This document shows, one piece after another, positions 12,323 to 22,811 of a DNA stretch of 38,383 nucleotides. The position numbers were made by a program, and so were the translations under genes. How positions within the stretch are numbered: position 1 is the first letter of the stretch; each line of letters starts with the position of its first letter. A model generated the notes under the pieces. That model did no database searches and was not told the origin of the DNA. It worked only from the letters and a program-made list of their open reading frames with translations. The stretch comes from Folioceros fuciformis (lineage: Eukaryota), in assembly GCA_049999805.1 (NCBI GenBank), contig JBNGIO010005089.1:1-38383 (forward strand). The letters run 5' to 3'.

Positions 12323-13920
12323 CTAATTACGATGAAGGGCCAGACACATGAAGATGATGCTAACTGCATGTAGAGTTTCCTGCTGGACACGCAGGCACGT
12401 TATGAATTTAACAAGGTCCAGCGGCAATTGCCTCGTATCGTGCTCCTCCCTTTTGCACAGGATGGTCCGCTTGCTAGATTTCGGAAATCTTGAGAGATTC
12501 CTTGGCAAGTTCGGGTGTCTTGCGCACTTCCAACAAGGAAGCATCAGCGTTCTATTGCCTGTCCTGCCTTGTACGTTGTTGTTTCCGCTGCTTCTCCTTA
12601 GTTGTGAGTGGCCGGGGTGCTTCGTCTTTCTCATGTGCCTCAGCTTCGCCGTCCTCCTCCTTGCTGCTATCGCTTTCTTCCGCCTGTTGCTTGACTGTAA
12701 GCATTAGCCTTGGGGATCGTAGGTCGATTTATTTTCTCTTACGGTCAAGTGGCTTGAGTTTGAAAGCACTCTCTCTTGAGGATGAGCACCTGGGCCACAG
12801 TCGGAGCAGGACCAGTCAGGAAGTAATAAGCTTAAGCAAGAGTCAAAGCTGACGTTTGTCCTCGAATGCGGACCCCTCACCAGTATCCTCTGAGGCACCG
12901 GTTACTCGAATTCGAGTTTATCTCCAGGTGCAAACTGGTGATCTATGGAGTATTTCCACCGTCCCCCTCTGAATGCATTCCTCTCACGGAAATATACGAC
13001 GTTCCACGTCCTCCCATCATCATCCTGTAGCGTGATATTAGTGTGTGTGTGTTGGGAAGGTGATGGGCACCTCACTTGTCATATGCTGCACCCGACATTC
13101 AGCGGCATTTTCTTAGTACAGCCCTCGCAGCCATTCAGAGCCGCAACTTTAACACCATCTGACAAGGGACCGGTCTCCGGACACTGGAAGGCGCTTTACA
13201 GGTTCCCATCCAAGAACATGGCACACGAGGCAAGAAGGAGGACGGGAAGAAGGCAGTACACGGGGACTCACCAACCAGAATCTGCGATGGCAACAGCGGT
13301 ATCGATGTGAACAAAAATCTCCGGGGTACAAGGATGTCTGCATCATCGCGATCCCCATCCATGTTGCCGGGCCGCCCGTAGTAGGTTGTTGCCCACACAC
13401 CTACTGCAATATCGGGATTCTGCGTCCCACTGGACCTCCGCTCAGCACAAACTGGGCTGGCAGACCCCCAAAGACCCTGATTCTCTTCTGCACACGCCCT
13501 CGAGAACCGTCATCTCCCAAGCACAATCCACAATCGCAGCACACTTTGGAAACACGAGCAGCTGCGAGGGACGCTCACATCCTGATAGTCACGGGCTGTC
13601 GGCAGCGCGGGTGTGTGGAGTAGGTGTTGGGCAAGCAATCTGGCCTTCACAAGCTGTGCGGGGTTCGAATTTGCGTCCCCTTCTCGCAAGCCACAGCAGA
13701 AGGCGAGAGCAAGCGGGCCTGAGGTATGGTCAACTTTGGCTTCTTATCCTTCAAGCATCCTCGTGCCCGCCGTCTCCAGAGCGAATTCAAGCGGGCAGCC
13801 CCACCAGGCATGGCCAGCAGGGACGCCAACGGACGCCATGCCCCACAATCCTGACCTGCCCCCATCCCCTGCAATTCGCGTTTCTCCTCATCTGGCTTTC
13901 TCAGACTCTCCCAGCATTTT
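12323..13920 (-). pseudogene. Degenerate paralogue of the B3-domain gene at 20091-21993
   Basis: Exon-by-exon remnants: 'ESEKAR/EEKRELQGMG..KDKKPKLTIPQ', 'PALPTARDYQD|gt', 'CVGNN...RFWL|gtgagt', 'SSVRRPV..SDGVKVAA', B3 core 'HLPNTHTNITLQDDDGRTWNVVYFRERNAFRGGRWKYSIDHQFAPGDKLEFE*', and tail 'RNLSRFPKSSK' (vs RNLSNFLKSRK). Multiple frameshifts and stops. Confidence 0.8.
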
Positions 13921-14517
13921 CCGATTCGACCACCCCCACTCTCTCGCCCAATCCGCTGCCCCAGGAATCCAATTTCGACACAGCCAGAGCAGGACAGGAC
14001 TCTCTTGTGCGCATTAGCTACGCCACGTCCTGAATTCTTCCATCTTTCCGCTCCCCCCTGCTCGCTGTCTGTGTCACACCGGGCTTTCCTTCCGCAGCGG
14101 TCTTTCTGTATGGACATAGCGTTTTCACGTTCCCCGTTCCTTTTTCAAATCCGTTGCCCAGTAACTTAACGGTCACCCGCTCTACACAGTCTACACAGTG
14201 TGTTATGTTTTCTCTCTCCACATCCTAGGTTCAAAGCTACAAAAAAAACCATGGCTGTGTACGCGGATAATAGCCTGACCGGCGGGCTGAACTTACCCCA
14301 GTCTCCCCTTGCTCATTCTCATCCTGGTTTTTGAATGGTTCTTGACTCGAGCTCGAGGCTTAACCTTGATGTGTCCCTCGCTTGTCTCTTGTATTCTATC
14401 CTGACTTTTTGGGGCCTTTGGATGCAAGGAGTGCTGGATCCCAAGTTTGAGAACTCGGAACTCTGTGGATGAACTCGGAACTTTGACGGGTTCCGTATAT
14501 AACATACCACAACGAAC

Positions 14518-15293
14518 AGAGGGGAGGTGTTAGAATTTTAGAACTATCTCCCCAGGTATCTTCTAGCATATACCTGTTTTCGTCATTGTGGAGAGCTGTG
14601 CGCTGCGGGGCCTTCCCCGAAGAGGTCAGTGCACCCACAGCGGCCATGCTTTCAGAATTGTGCTCGTTTCATCTAAGAGAAGACAAAGGAAAAGGGTCTC
14701 AGAACAGTGTGTTTGGCAAGCTTCACGGTTTTTCTCCATGGTCTCAGCCCCCGCAGCTCATGCTCTCATTTCCTCTCAATTAGACCATGAGCCTTCGACA
14801 CCTGCACGCACCTAATGCCCCTCTATCTGCCTACGTTATCTCAGGGCATGAGGCTTGTGACTCGGGACCCTGGGATAAACGAGACATTTCTAAGGGGGCC
14901 TTGGTCTCTCGCCACTGCCAGGATAGAGGAGGCGTTTCTGAGAAGGGCCTCAGTCTCTCGCCATCTCCAGGATAGAGGAGACGTTTCTGAGAAGGGCCTC
15001 AAGTCTCTCGCCATCTCCAGGATAGAGGAGACGTTTCTGAGGGGGGCCTCGATCCCTCGCCATCGCGAGTGATTGAGGCCTGCCTCAATCACAGCGTTTA
15101 TCCAGGACCGCCCTCCCCTGCCTCATTTCAAGCATCGTTTCCGAAGCCCTGCGTGGCACAACGATCCCTTTCGATACCCATTCAAGGACATCTACTTCCC
15201 GCAAGGCTGAAATCTTCAAGCAGAATCTAGCTAGAGGTTGTATTCTCCAAAGCCCTGAACTCTCCTAAAGGTTACCCAGACACCATGCTGACA
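14518..15293 (+). mobile_element. Probable LTR-retrotransposon remnant: polypurine tract followed by a ~766-bp LTR-like segment
   Basis: 'agaggggagg' (14518-14527) directly precedes TGTTAG (14528). A near-inverted end CTGACA lies at 15288-15293, with internal tandem repeats. No second LTR, target-site duplication or pol ORF was seen. Confidence 0.45.
14873..15068. repeat. Four-copy 48-50-bp tandem repeat
   Basis: Unit 'ggatagaggagacgtttctgagaagggcctc(a)agtctctcgccatctcca' starts at 14873, 14921, 14970 and 15020. Confidence 0.9.
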
Positions 15294-17553
15294 GGTTTCT
15301 CAAGGATGTAATTCACAATCTCTGCTTGAATTTTGTTCTAAAAAGGGGCAAGCACTTCTGCTACTTCTAGTCATACCCTTCGTTCCACAACATGTATAGA
15401 CACCCCCAGGTATGTAGGAGCCTCAGTACATGTTGTGGGCACGTTCAATGTTTGCGGTAGTTCAAGTGACATGGCTTCAACAATTTTGCTTGCCATTATA
15501 TAGCGAGGTTCTATGTGTAAGTCTGACATGGCCATCAGCAAGCATGTTGTCTCCATTTCACAAATTCCATTACCCGTCTCCACTAAAGGCACCTTCCTAT
15601 CCCTACCACTCTAGTCGAAAACATATTCAGCGCCAGTCACAACTACCTACCAATTGTTCCCCTAGCCTCTTCCTCAACTTGCATACCACCACCAACGCTC
15701 ACGGTGACCCTCCATGACCGTTCTGCTCACACAAACCAGGTTCGAAGGAGGTTGATACCTCGCCATGTCCACATAGTGCACTCCTCTACAATCCAGACCA
15801 CAGTTGGTCTTCCAACCTCACACCCCTTCGTCGGCGGTCAAAGCACGATGCAGCCTACACAGATAAGGAAGGTAATTTGTGCACCGCATCCCAACCTTGA
15901 ATGCCGTGTCCCTTGCTTCTTTCAACTCCTAAACACATGCACATGCACGAGAACTCACTATCAGCACCTCCTGCATAGGCTCCTATGACCCTATCTTATT
16001 CAACATGTGTTGTACCCTAATGATCAGTTCCACCCTTGACAACGAAGGCGCCTCTGGTGCATCATTCCGGGAAAATTGTGGTCCTCATATACTATACTCC
16101 CCATCCTCGTCAACGTCCACACAATATACTGGAGGCCCCACCAACCCTGTCAGTCTCTTTTCTTCTTAGAACGCCTCTGCAGAACGTGGCCCGATATGTG
16201 GCCATCCGTAGATCTCATTCTTCGCACCCTATGAAAATTCCACACTTGCACGAAAGTTGCAAGCTCTTGCCGTGGGCATGAATGTTGTGTGCAGCGAGTG
16301 AATATACCAATGGTTTGTTAAGTGTAGCTCCAAACTTTGTTGTAGGTCTTATATATATACCCTTCATACAAAAAGTCCCATTTTTCAAACACAATCCTCC
16401 AAAAATGTTCTATCCTCTACACATCAAGCACCCACGCACTTGCAATCAGCACAACCATTCTCCCCAATTCCATCTGCTCCCCACCCTACATCTGCAAATG
16501 TGATCCATGTGACAAGCATACGATCACTTCCATGAGGATGGTTCAGATGTATTACATTGTATAGTCTGCCAAGGGGGATTGTGATCTTAAGCTTCTTTAG
16601 ATGCACACAGTCATGGGAGCCAGTGTTGCCTAGTCCCTTCCCATTCCCTATCATCCTATGGCGTCTACCTAAACTTGCACCAACAACCATGTGATTGCGT
16701 AGGAGAGTGATAGGAATGTTCCCAACAGCTGCCTGCACCAAGTTGGGCTCGAGTGGCACTTGCCGCACTGGGGTCTGCACTCCGTTCCCTTGAGGGAGAG
16801 GTAGGACGAGGCCTCTAGGGGTGAAGCCATGTTGGGGACCTGAGGGCCCGACCTCAGGCCATGGCATCACCGTTGTCTAGCACGATAGTCAATCACCTCC
16901 AGCGCTCCAATCTCTGTTTAGCGTTCATATTGTTGCACTGCGTTGAAGCTTGGCCTCGAGAAGTAGGTTGCAGTTTGAGAACGATAGTGGAGGCAGGGTT
17001 GTGACAATGGATGTGAAGTGCTGCACAATATTATTCTTTTATACTATGCCTGACGGGATTGTAATATATGTTTCTAAGTAATATGTTCTATGGACAACCT
17101 TACTTTGAATGCTTATGCGGTGGCAACAATGGAAGAAATATAAAAAGATACTTATATGACCTTTGGCAATAACGCAAGTTGGTTTGAGCGTTGTGAATAG
17201 TTTTCCATATTTCAGTTATTATGAAATTTATAAAATTATCTTCATGTTTTATTTCATACAAAATTCTTCCGCTTTTATGAATTTGAGCTGTTAACTATTA
17301 CCTGTTTGTATGTTGTAAAAATGATAAAAGTCCTATATTTAAGGACAAATGTGATAAGGCCTCCAAGTTAGGACGAAAAGGGTCTATTGGACCCGTTACT
17401 AAAATGTAATATACGTGGAGAACAAACCCTAAAGAAAGGCTTTGATCCCTCGGCTAATTGTTGTTTGCGAAGGTGTGAGAGATGACCTCCCACAGGATGG
17501 GACAAGACGTAGACGCGACAGCACGGGAACGGAAAGGGACGGGCAAGGGTGCA

Positions 17554-17724
17554 TGGGAGGGTTGGATCGGGGGGTTTGGGTTTGCTGTATCATGCATTTC
17601 GTGTCGCCTGCAGCGATCACCCTTGAACTGAGAGAGGCCTGGGAGGGTTGGATCCGGGGGTTTGGGTTTGCAGTATCTTGCATTTCATGTCGCGCGAGGG
17701 ATCATCCCTGAACTGAGAGAGGCC
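17554..17724. repeat. Imperfect ~86-bp tandem duplication
   Basis: 'tgggagggttggatc.gggggtttgggttt...gcatttc.tgtcgc...gatca.cc.tgaactgagagaggcc' occurs twice (17554, 17640). Confidence 0.75.
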
Positions 17725-18118
17725 AGTGAAAAAGTGGAATTGCGAATGACGTGAAAGGAACAGTCGGGTGGAAGGGAGGCGTCAAGGTTTCAGAGCTTGG
17801 ACGATGGAGGATGTCCGTTGTGGGGCATTCCTTTGAAAAACAATCTTCTCGTCCTATGCGCCACAGCGGCCTTGAGTGGTTTGTCAAGAAAGAATTCTGA
17901 CACCTCCCCTCTGTCCTCTGCCCTTTGCGTAGAGGAGTGGAGATGGTGGAGGTGTAGATAGTCATGCATGGATACATAGATAGGGTGCTTGGGGGAGTGG
18001 AGATGTAGATGGGGTGCGTACTGGGAGTGGATGGAGAGATCCCTCTTGTGCGATCAAATTAAGGATAACATTCTACACCTTGTGAAGCAGCAGTCGATGT
18101 CACGAAATTTCAGTCCAA

Positions 18119-18772
18119 TTAAGTGGACTTCAACACACTCGAGACTTCTTCCTCGCACCGTGTGTTACTAATAAGCTTAGGTCTCTTGAGGGCTACCTCC
18201 GAGGAATCATCTGTGTTATCTGGTATCCGTTTCTTGTTGTCCTGGACTTCTTCCAAGACACCGTGCCCCCTGACGATGTGCACCTGTGCCACAAGTCGGA
18301 GCAGGCGACGTCAGCAAGCAAGCAAGGCGAAGGATGAGTCAGAGCAGACTGCCGGCTTGGTGAGCCCGACTCTCACCAGAAACCTCCTGGGACGTACTAG
18401 CTCGAAGGTGACTATATCTCCCACCGCAAGGCGATGGTCTACGGAGTATTTCTTCCATCCTCCGCTGAGCGCATTCCTGCCATGCAAATAAACAGCGGTC
18501 CACGTCCTCCCGTCGTCATCCAGTAATGCGATATCAGAGTCCACAGCCGGAAGGTGATCCGACGTCCACCGCCTATCCAAAAGCTGCAACCAAGATCCGG
18601 CAGCATTCTATCAGCGCTAAACAACGAGTGTTACGCCCTTACACGACGCAAGAACATGTGACAAGGCAGCAGCGCGACTCACCACCATGAATACTCTGAC
18701 ACAGTGCCACTCCGTCATTTCCTTCTGGAAGAACGGCAGTCGCGGGAGCGCAGGATCACGAACCCCGTCCAT
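18119..18772 (-). CDS. Short B3-domain protein (REM/VRN1-like class); 5' end uncertain
   Basis: Exons 18772-18683 (MDGVRDPALPRLPFFQKEMTEWHCVRVFMV), 18583-18377 (69 codons: ..LLDDDGRTWTAVYLHGRNALSGGWKKYSVDHRLAVGDIVTFELV..) and 18283-18119 (VHIVRG..LKST*). All GT-AG, in frame, with the same intron positions as the 20-22 kb paralogue. Confidence 0.8.
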
Positions 18773-18904
18773 GGCGGAGGGCAATGGAGGATTTACGAGC
18801 GAGAGTGAGCCAGGTAGATGCATAAATCGCTGTGCGTGCTTGGCGTGCCTGAACGGATTTGCACCTGTTTATGACGCCGTGGTTGCCATGGACGGGGGTC
18901 TACT

Positions 18905-19250
18905 GAACCCTATGTTCCCTCATATGCACCTCGTATATGGAAGCCGAGAATAGTATACCGCAAAGTGGATAGAAAGCTCAAGCCCTCCCTTCCTAAGTGT
19001 AGGATTGAGGATGAGCTATGCAGGAAGTTGCCATGGACCAGGACTTCTAAACCCAATTTTCCCTTGTGTACACCTCATCTATGGAAGCTGAGAATAGTAT
19101 ACTACTGCAAGGTGGATACAAAGCCCTCCCCTTCCTAAGTGAAAGCTTTGTGAGGTGAGCTATGACAGGAAGTGGATAGAAGGTCAAGCCCTGGCTTTCT
19201 TTCCTTCCTTGTCGGTGAACTATTTAGGAAGTGCATACAAGGTCAAGCAC
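18905..19250. repeat. Imperfect ~143-bp tandem repeat with shorter sub-repeats
   Basis: 'cacctc.t.tatggaagc.gagaatagtatac..gcaa.gtggata.aaagc...cccttcctaagtg' at ~18927 and ~19071; 'gagctatg.caggaagt' and 'aaggtcaagc' recur. Confidence 0.7.
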
Positions 19251-20090
19251 ACAGGGACGGCAGCACACGAGCCAGCTCACCAGCTGAGCATGAGAGATCA
19301 CCGCCAAGATTCTCCTGACTACCCTTCTCCATTAGCCCAAAAGGACCTGACGTTAACTCCAGTGCTCAATCGCAGCGCAATTTGAAAACACAAGCAGGAA
19401 TTTCAAGGAAGGAAAAAGGGATGCACGATCACATCCCGANNNNNNNNNNAGCAGGAATTTCAAGGAAGGAAAAAGGGATGCACGATCACATCCCGAAGGT
19501 TGCAGGATCGCAGCATGCGAGTGTGGAGGACGGTTAGGCGCCGGGCCCAAGCTTCTGCATCTCGCGGGCCATGGCAGAATACCAGATCGAGGCAACGAAC
19601 AGCTTCTTATCCTCAACATCCTCCTGCTCCGTCCCCCTTCTCCGGAGCGCGCTCATGGGGCTGGCCACCACCAGGAAGAACGACGACAGATGCCACGACC
19701 TTCCACCCGCGCAATCCGCTGCTTGCCGCTCCCGAATCCGAATTGGGCAAGGCATGCACGAGGAGAGTGCAGTAATGCTACCGTCCATTGCCGAGGAAAG
19801 AGAGTAAGTGCAAAAATGCAAGTAGAAACTACAAATGCTCCTGTATGGGTTGCCTCGAGTGCACATTGGCTTTACCGAGCGTACGGGTTGTGAAATAAGG
19901 CCGGAATAGTAACTGAAAGGACAAACTTAAAGGAGAATGGAAAGCGTCTCGGGAGATGACGAAACACTGTACGCGTTGTCTTAACTGAAGACACCAGTGA
20001 AGCAGCCCAGCCAGTACTGCCACGTGAAGTTGGTACCAACGTGAATTCGCTTCCTGCCAGAAGTCATGCATAGAATTGTACAAGCTTGGT

Positions 20091-21993
20091 TTATTGGCGA
20101 TTGCCTCCCACTTTGCTCCCTTTCTTGGAAGTGGCGTTGTGCTTTCTAGATTTTAGAAAATTTGAGAGGTTCCTCGTTGCGATGGGCTTGGGTCTTTTGC
20201 GGGCAGGATTAGCCTCACTCACCTTTAGTTGCTCTCCGGCAGCAGCTCCTGCTACTTGTTCTTGGAGGCGGGAGGAAGCCGCCCTCTTCTTATTAGTGCT
20301 TTCCTGAACTGGCACCTTCACTTGCCTCCTATCCTTATTGCTCGCCCATGGCTGTTTCTGCTTCACTTGTTTGCTTACTTTGACAGCTGGTTTCGTCTTC
20401 CTGTCCTGCTTTGGCAATTGTTTCCGCTTGCCTTTCTCCCTTTCCTTGGCAGTACTTCTGACAGTCCTCCGTTCCAGCCTGTTGGGTCGTCTATCCTCTG
20501 ATTCATCCCGAGCTTCCTCTTCTTCCTCCTCCTCCTCCTCCTCCTCCTCGGACTCCTCGTCGTCACTGTCCTTCCTTGCTTTTGCCTGTCTCTTGACTGG
20601 ATGCTTCAACTTGAAGCGCTCATTTCGTTTTCCTGCGTTGTCTCCTGTACTGCTATCCTGGACTGCCTCGTGATCAGCTGCTCTGACAATGTGCATCTGC
20701 TCCACAGTCGTAGCAGGACAGGTTACGAGGCAGGCATACAAGCAAAAACAAAAGACCAAACCGTGTGCCCAACCGCTCACCAGGAACGTCGTCGGCTTCA
20801 CTAATTCGAAGGTGACTACATCTCCAACCTCAAGGTCGTGGTCTTTGGCGTATCCTCCCCATCCCCCGCTGAGTCCATTCTTGTGAAGGAGATACCGAGC
20901 CTCCCACGTCCTCCCGTCCTCATCCTGTAACGTCAAATCCGTGGTCTCGGCCGGCAGGTGCTCAAGACACCACTCCTTCGGCAAACCCTGCAACCAACAG
21001 GCGGCAGCATTTAGTCAGCACAAAAGAGATTCCAGGTGGATTGCCTCCCGCCAGACCCCGACTTACCATCCAAAAACACCCGGAAACGTGAGACGGCATC
21101 ATCTCACGAGACATGAACGGGTGCGCAGGATCCAGGGACGCCTCAACACGCCTCGCAGCCTTCCGTGCCGCGACGCGGACAGCGTCTGAGACCTCTCCAC
21201 GGACAAGTCTCCGGGCATTGGAATGCGCGCTGCAGACTCCCATAGGGAAACAAACAGACGGCGCAAAAATGAGGACGGGAAGAAGGCAGCACGCGAACTC
21301 ACCAACCAGAATCCTGCAGTCACATGCGATCTCAACATTTGCTTCACGGTGAACGGAAAGCTCCCAGACGCAAGGCGATCTGCAGCGTTCCAAGCCCCGT
21401 CCAATGCGGCGTTCGAAGGGCTGGGGGCCGCTGGTCGCACGTTCCTTCCCACACACCTAAGGCATCATCGGAATTCCATGCCCCTCCTCAGCTCACCACA
21501 ACACACGCAAGCCTAACCATAAGGAAACAGTAGCCCACCCACCTTCTGCGAGGTCCCCGAAGATCCACACTCTCCTTCTGCACCAACACACAAGGACCGT
21601 CATCTCCCAACCCCGAGCACATCGACTTTACAGACAAGAGCAACACTGAGAGAGAAAAAGGCACGGCCGCGCACATCCTCATAGTTGCAGGCGGGCAACA
21701 GTGCGACTCTGGAGGAGCGTCGTCTTTCGCCGCTAGGCACTTTGGGCTTGAGAACCTGTCATCAAGCAGAACTCGAATTGGCGTCTCCTTCTTTCTCACA
21801 GGCCACGAACATGAGCAGCAAGAAAGGCGAAGTCTAGTACCAGTACCTGAGGCCTGACAAGCTTGGGCTTCTTAGCCTTCCCAGCCTCCTCCGCGGCCTT
21901 CTCCAGACCGAGTTCCCGCAATTTCCTCTTGTTCTCCTCGATTCTCTTGATCCTGGCCTGCTCGTACTCGTTCAGCGCATTCTTCTGCCCCAT
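20091..21993 (-). CDS. B3-domain DNA-binding protein (REM/VRN1-like, At3g19184/At5g42700-type N-terminus) with two alternative fourth exons
   Basis: Exons 21993-21847 (LNEYEQARIKRIEENKRKLRELGL), 21755-21675 (RRRSSRVA..NYED), 21577-21543, then 21456-21303 OR 21229-21067, then 20987-20781 (GLPKEWC..LQDEDGRTWEARYL..GLSGGWGGYAKDHDLEVGDVVTFEL) and 20696-20091 (acidic tract + basic tail). Exon lengths and phases were checked by hand. Confidence 0.9.
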
Positions 21994-22811
21994 GGCTGCA
22001 CCCTTCTCCTTGCTCCTTCCTCCTCGCCTCGCCTCCCCTCGCCTCTCCTCGGCTCAACCGCCTGCGGGCCCCCTCTTCTCAGGCATTCTGGTTCCTCCCA
22101 CACCACGGAGCCGCGGTCTATGACGCAATTCCACGACCCGGTCCGCCTGCGGCCGGACACTGTCACTCCCTGATCGCTGCTTGCGCAATTCCGCTCCCGC
22201 CCCGGATTCGGCACAGGCACAGAGAGACCCTGTTCGCGCTCACGACCGGTTCTTCCATCTTTCTGCTTTCTTTCCCGAAGCTAGACCGGCCGCAGCCGTG
22301 CCGTCTTTCCCGCGGAAAGAGGTCCATCCAGAAGCCCTACCGTCCCCAAGTTCCCCCCCTTTTTTCAAATCCCTCTGTACTCCAACGGCCACCCGGTTGA
22401 CCGTCTTGTTCAATACTATGTACTGTATGTGGCGTGAATGTTTTAGCCGGTATGTGACCGGCGGGTTGGAAGTTGGAACTCGGGTTAGCATGGAACCAGG
22501 GATGGGTTTGGTGGTGGTGGGCGTGGTGACGTCCCGGCCTTGGGGCTGTGGGGGCCTTGGGCGATGGAGCTGGGAATGGTCTGGAATGCGTCCCTCGCGG
22601 GACAGGCTCGGGTGGGAGCTGCCTGGAAGCTTCCTGCATTTTGGGTGGCAGCGGGTGCAGAGGGCGGTGGAGTGGTCGCTGCTCTGGGGCAGGGTGCGAG
22701 GCCCGCGTCTCAGGATTATGTGATCGGGTTTGTGGTGGCACGAGGGGCTGGCATTCGCTGATTTTGGGGGGATGGGGCTTGCTGCAGGCTGCTCATGGAG
22801 GTTGATATTGT

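Noticed and set aside
14873-15068. CRISPR-like regular repeats
   Set aside because: The units are contiguous with no unique spacers, the context is eukaryotic, and there are no cas genes.
19392-19498. ~48-bp direct repeat flanking a short N run
   Set aside because: Identical sequence on both sides of a gap is most simply a contig-overlap artefact. The same applies to the 12-bp match around 10841-10940.
19534-19866. GC-rich ORF between B3 copies
   Set aside because: No recognisable domain or consistent splice structure, so it cannot be supported as a gene.
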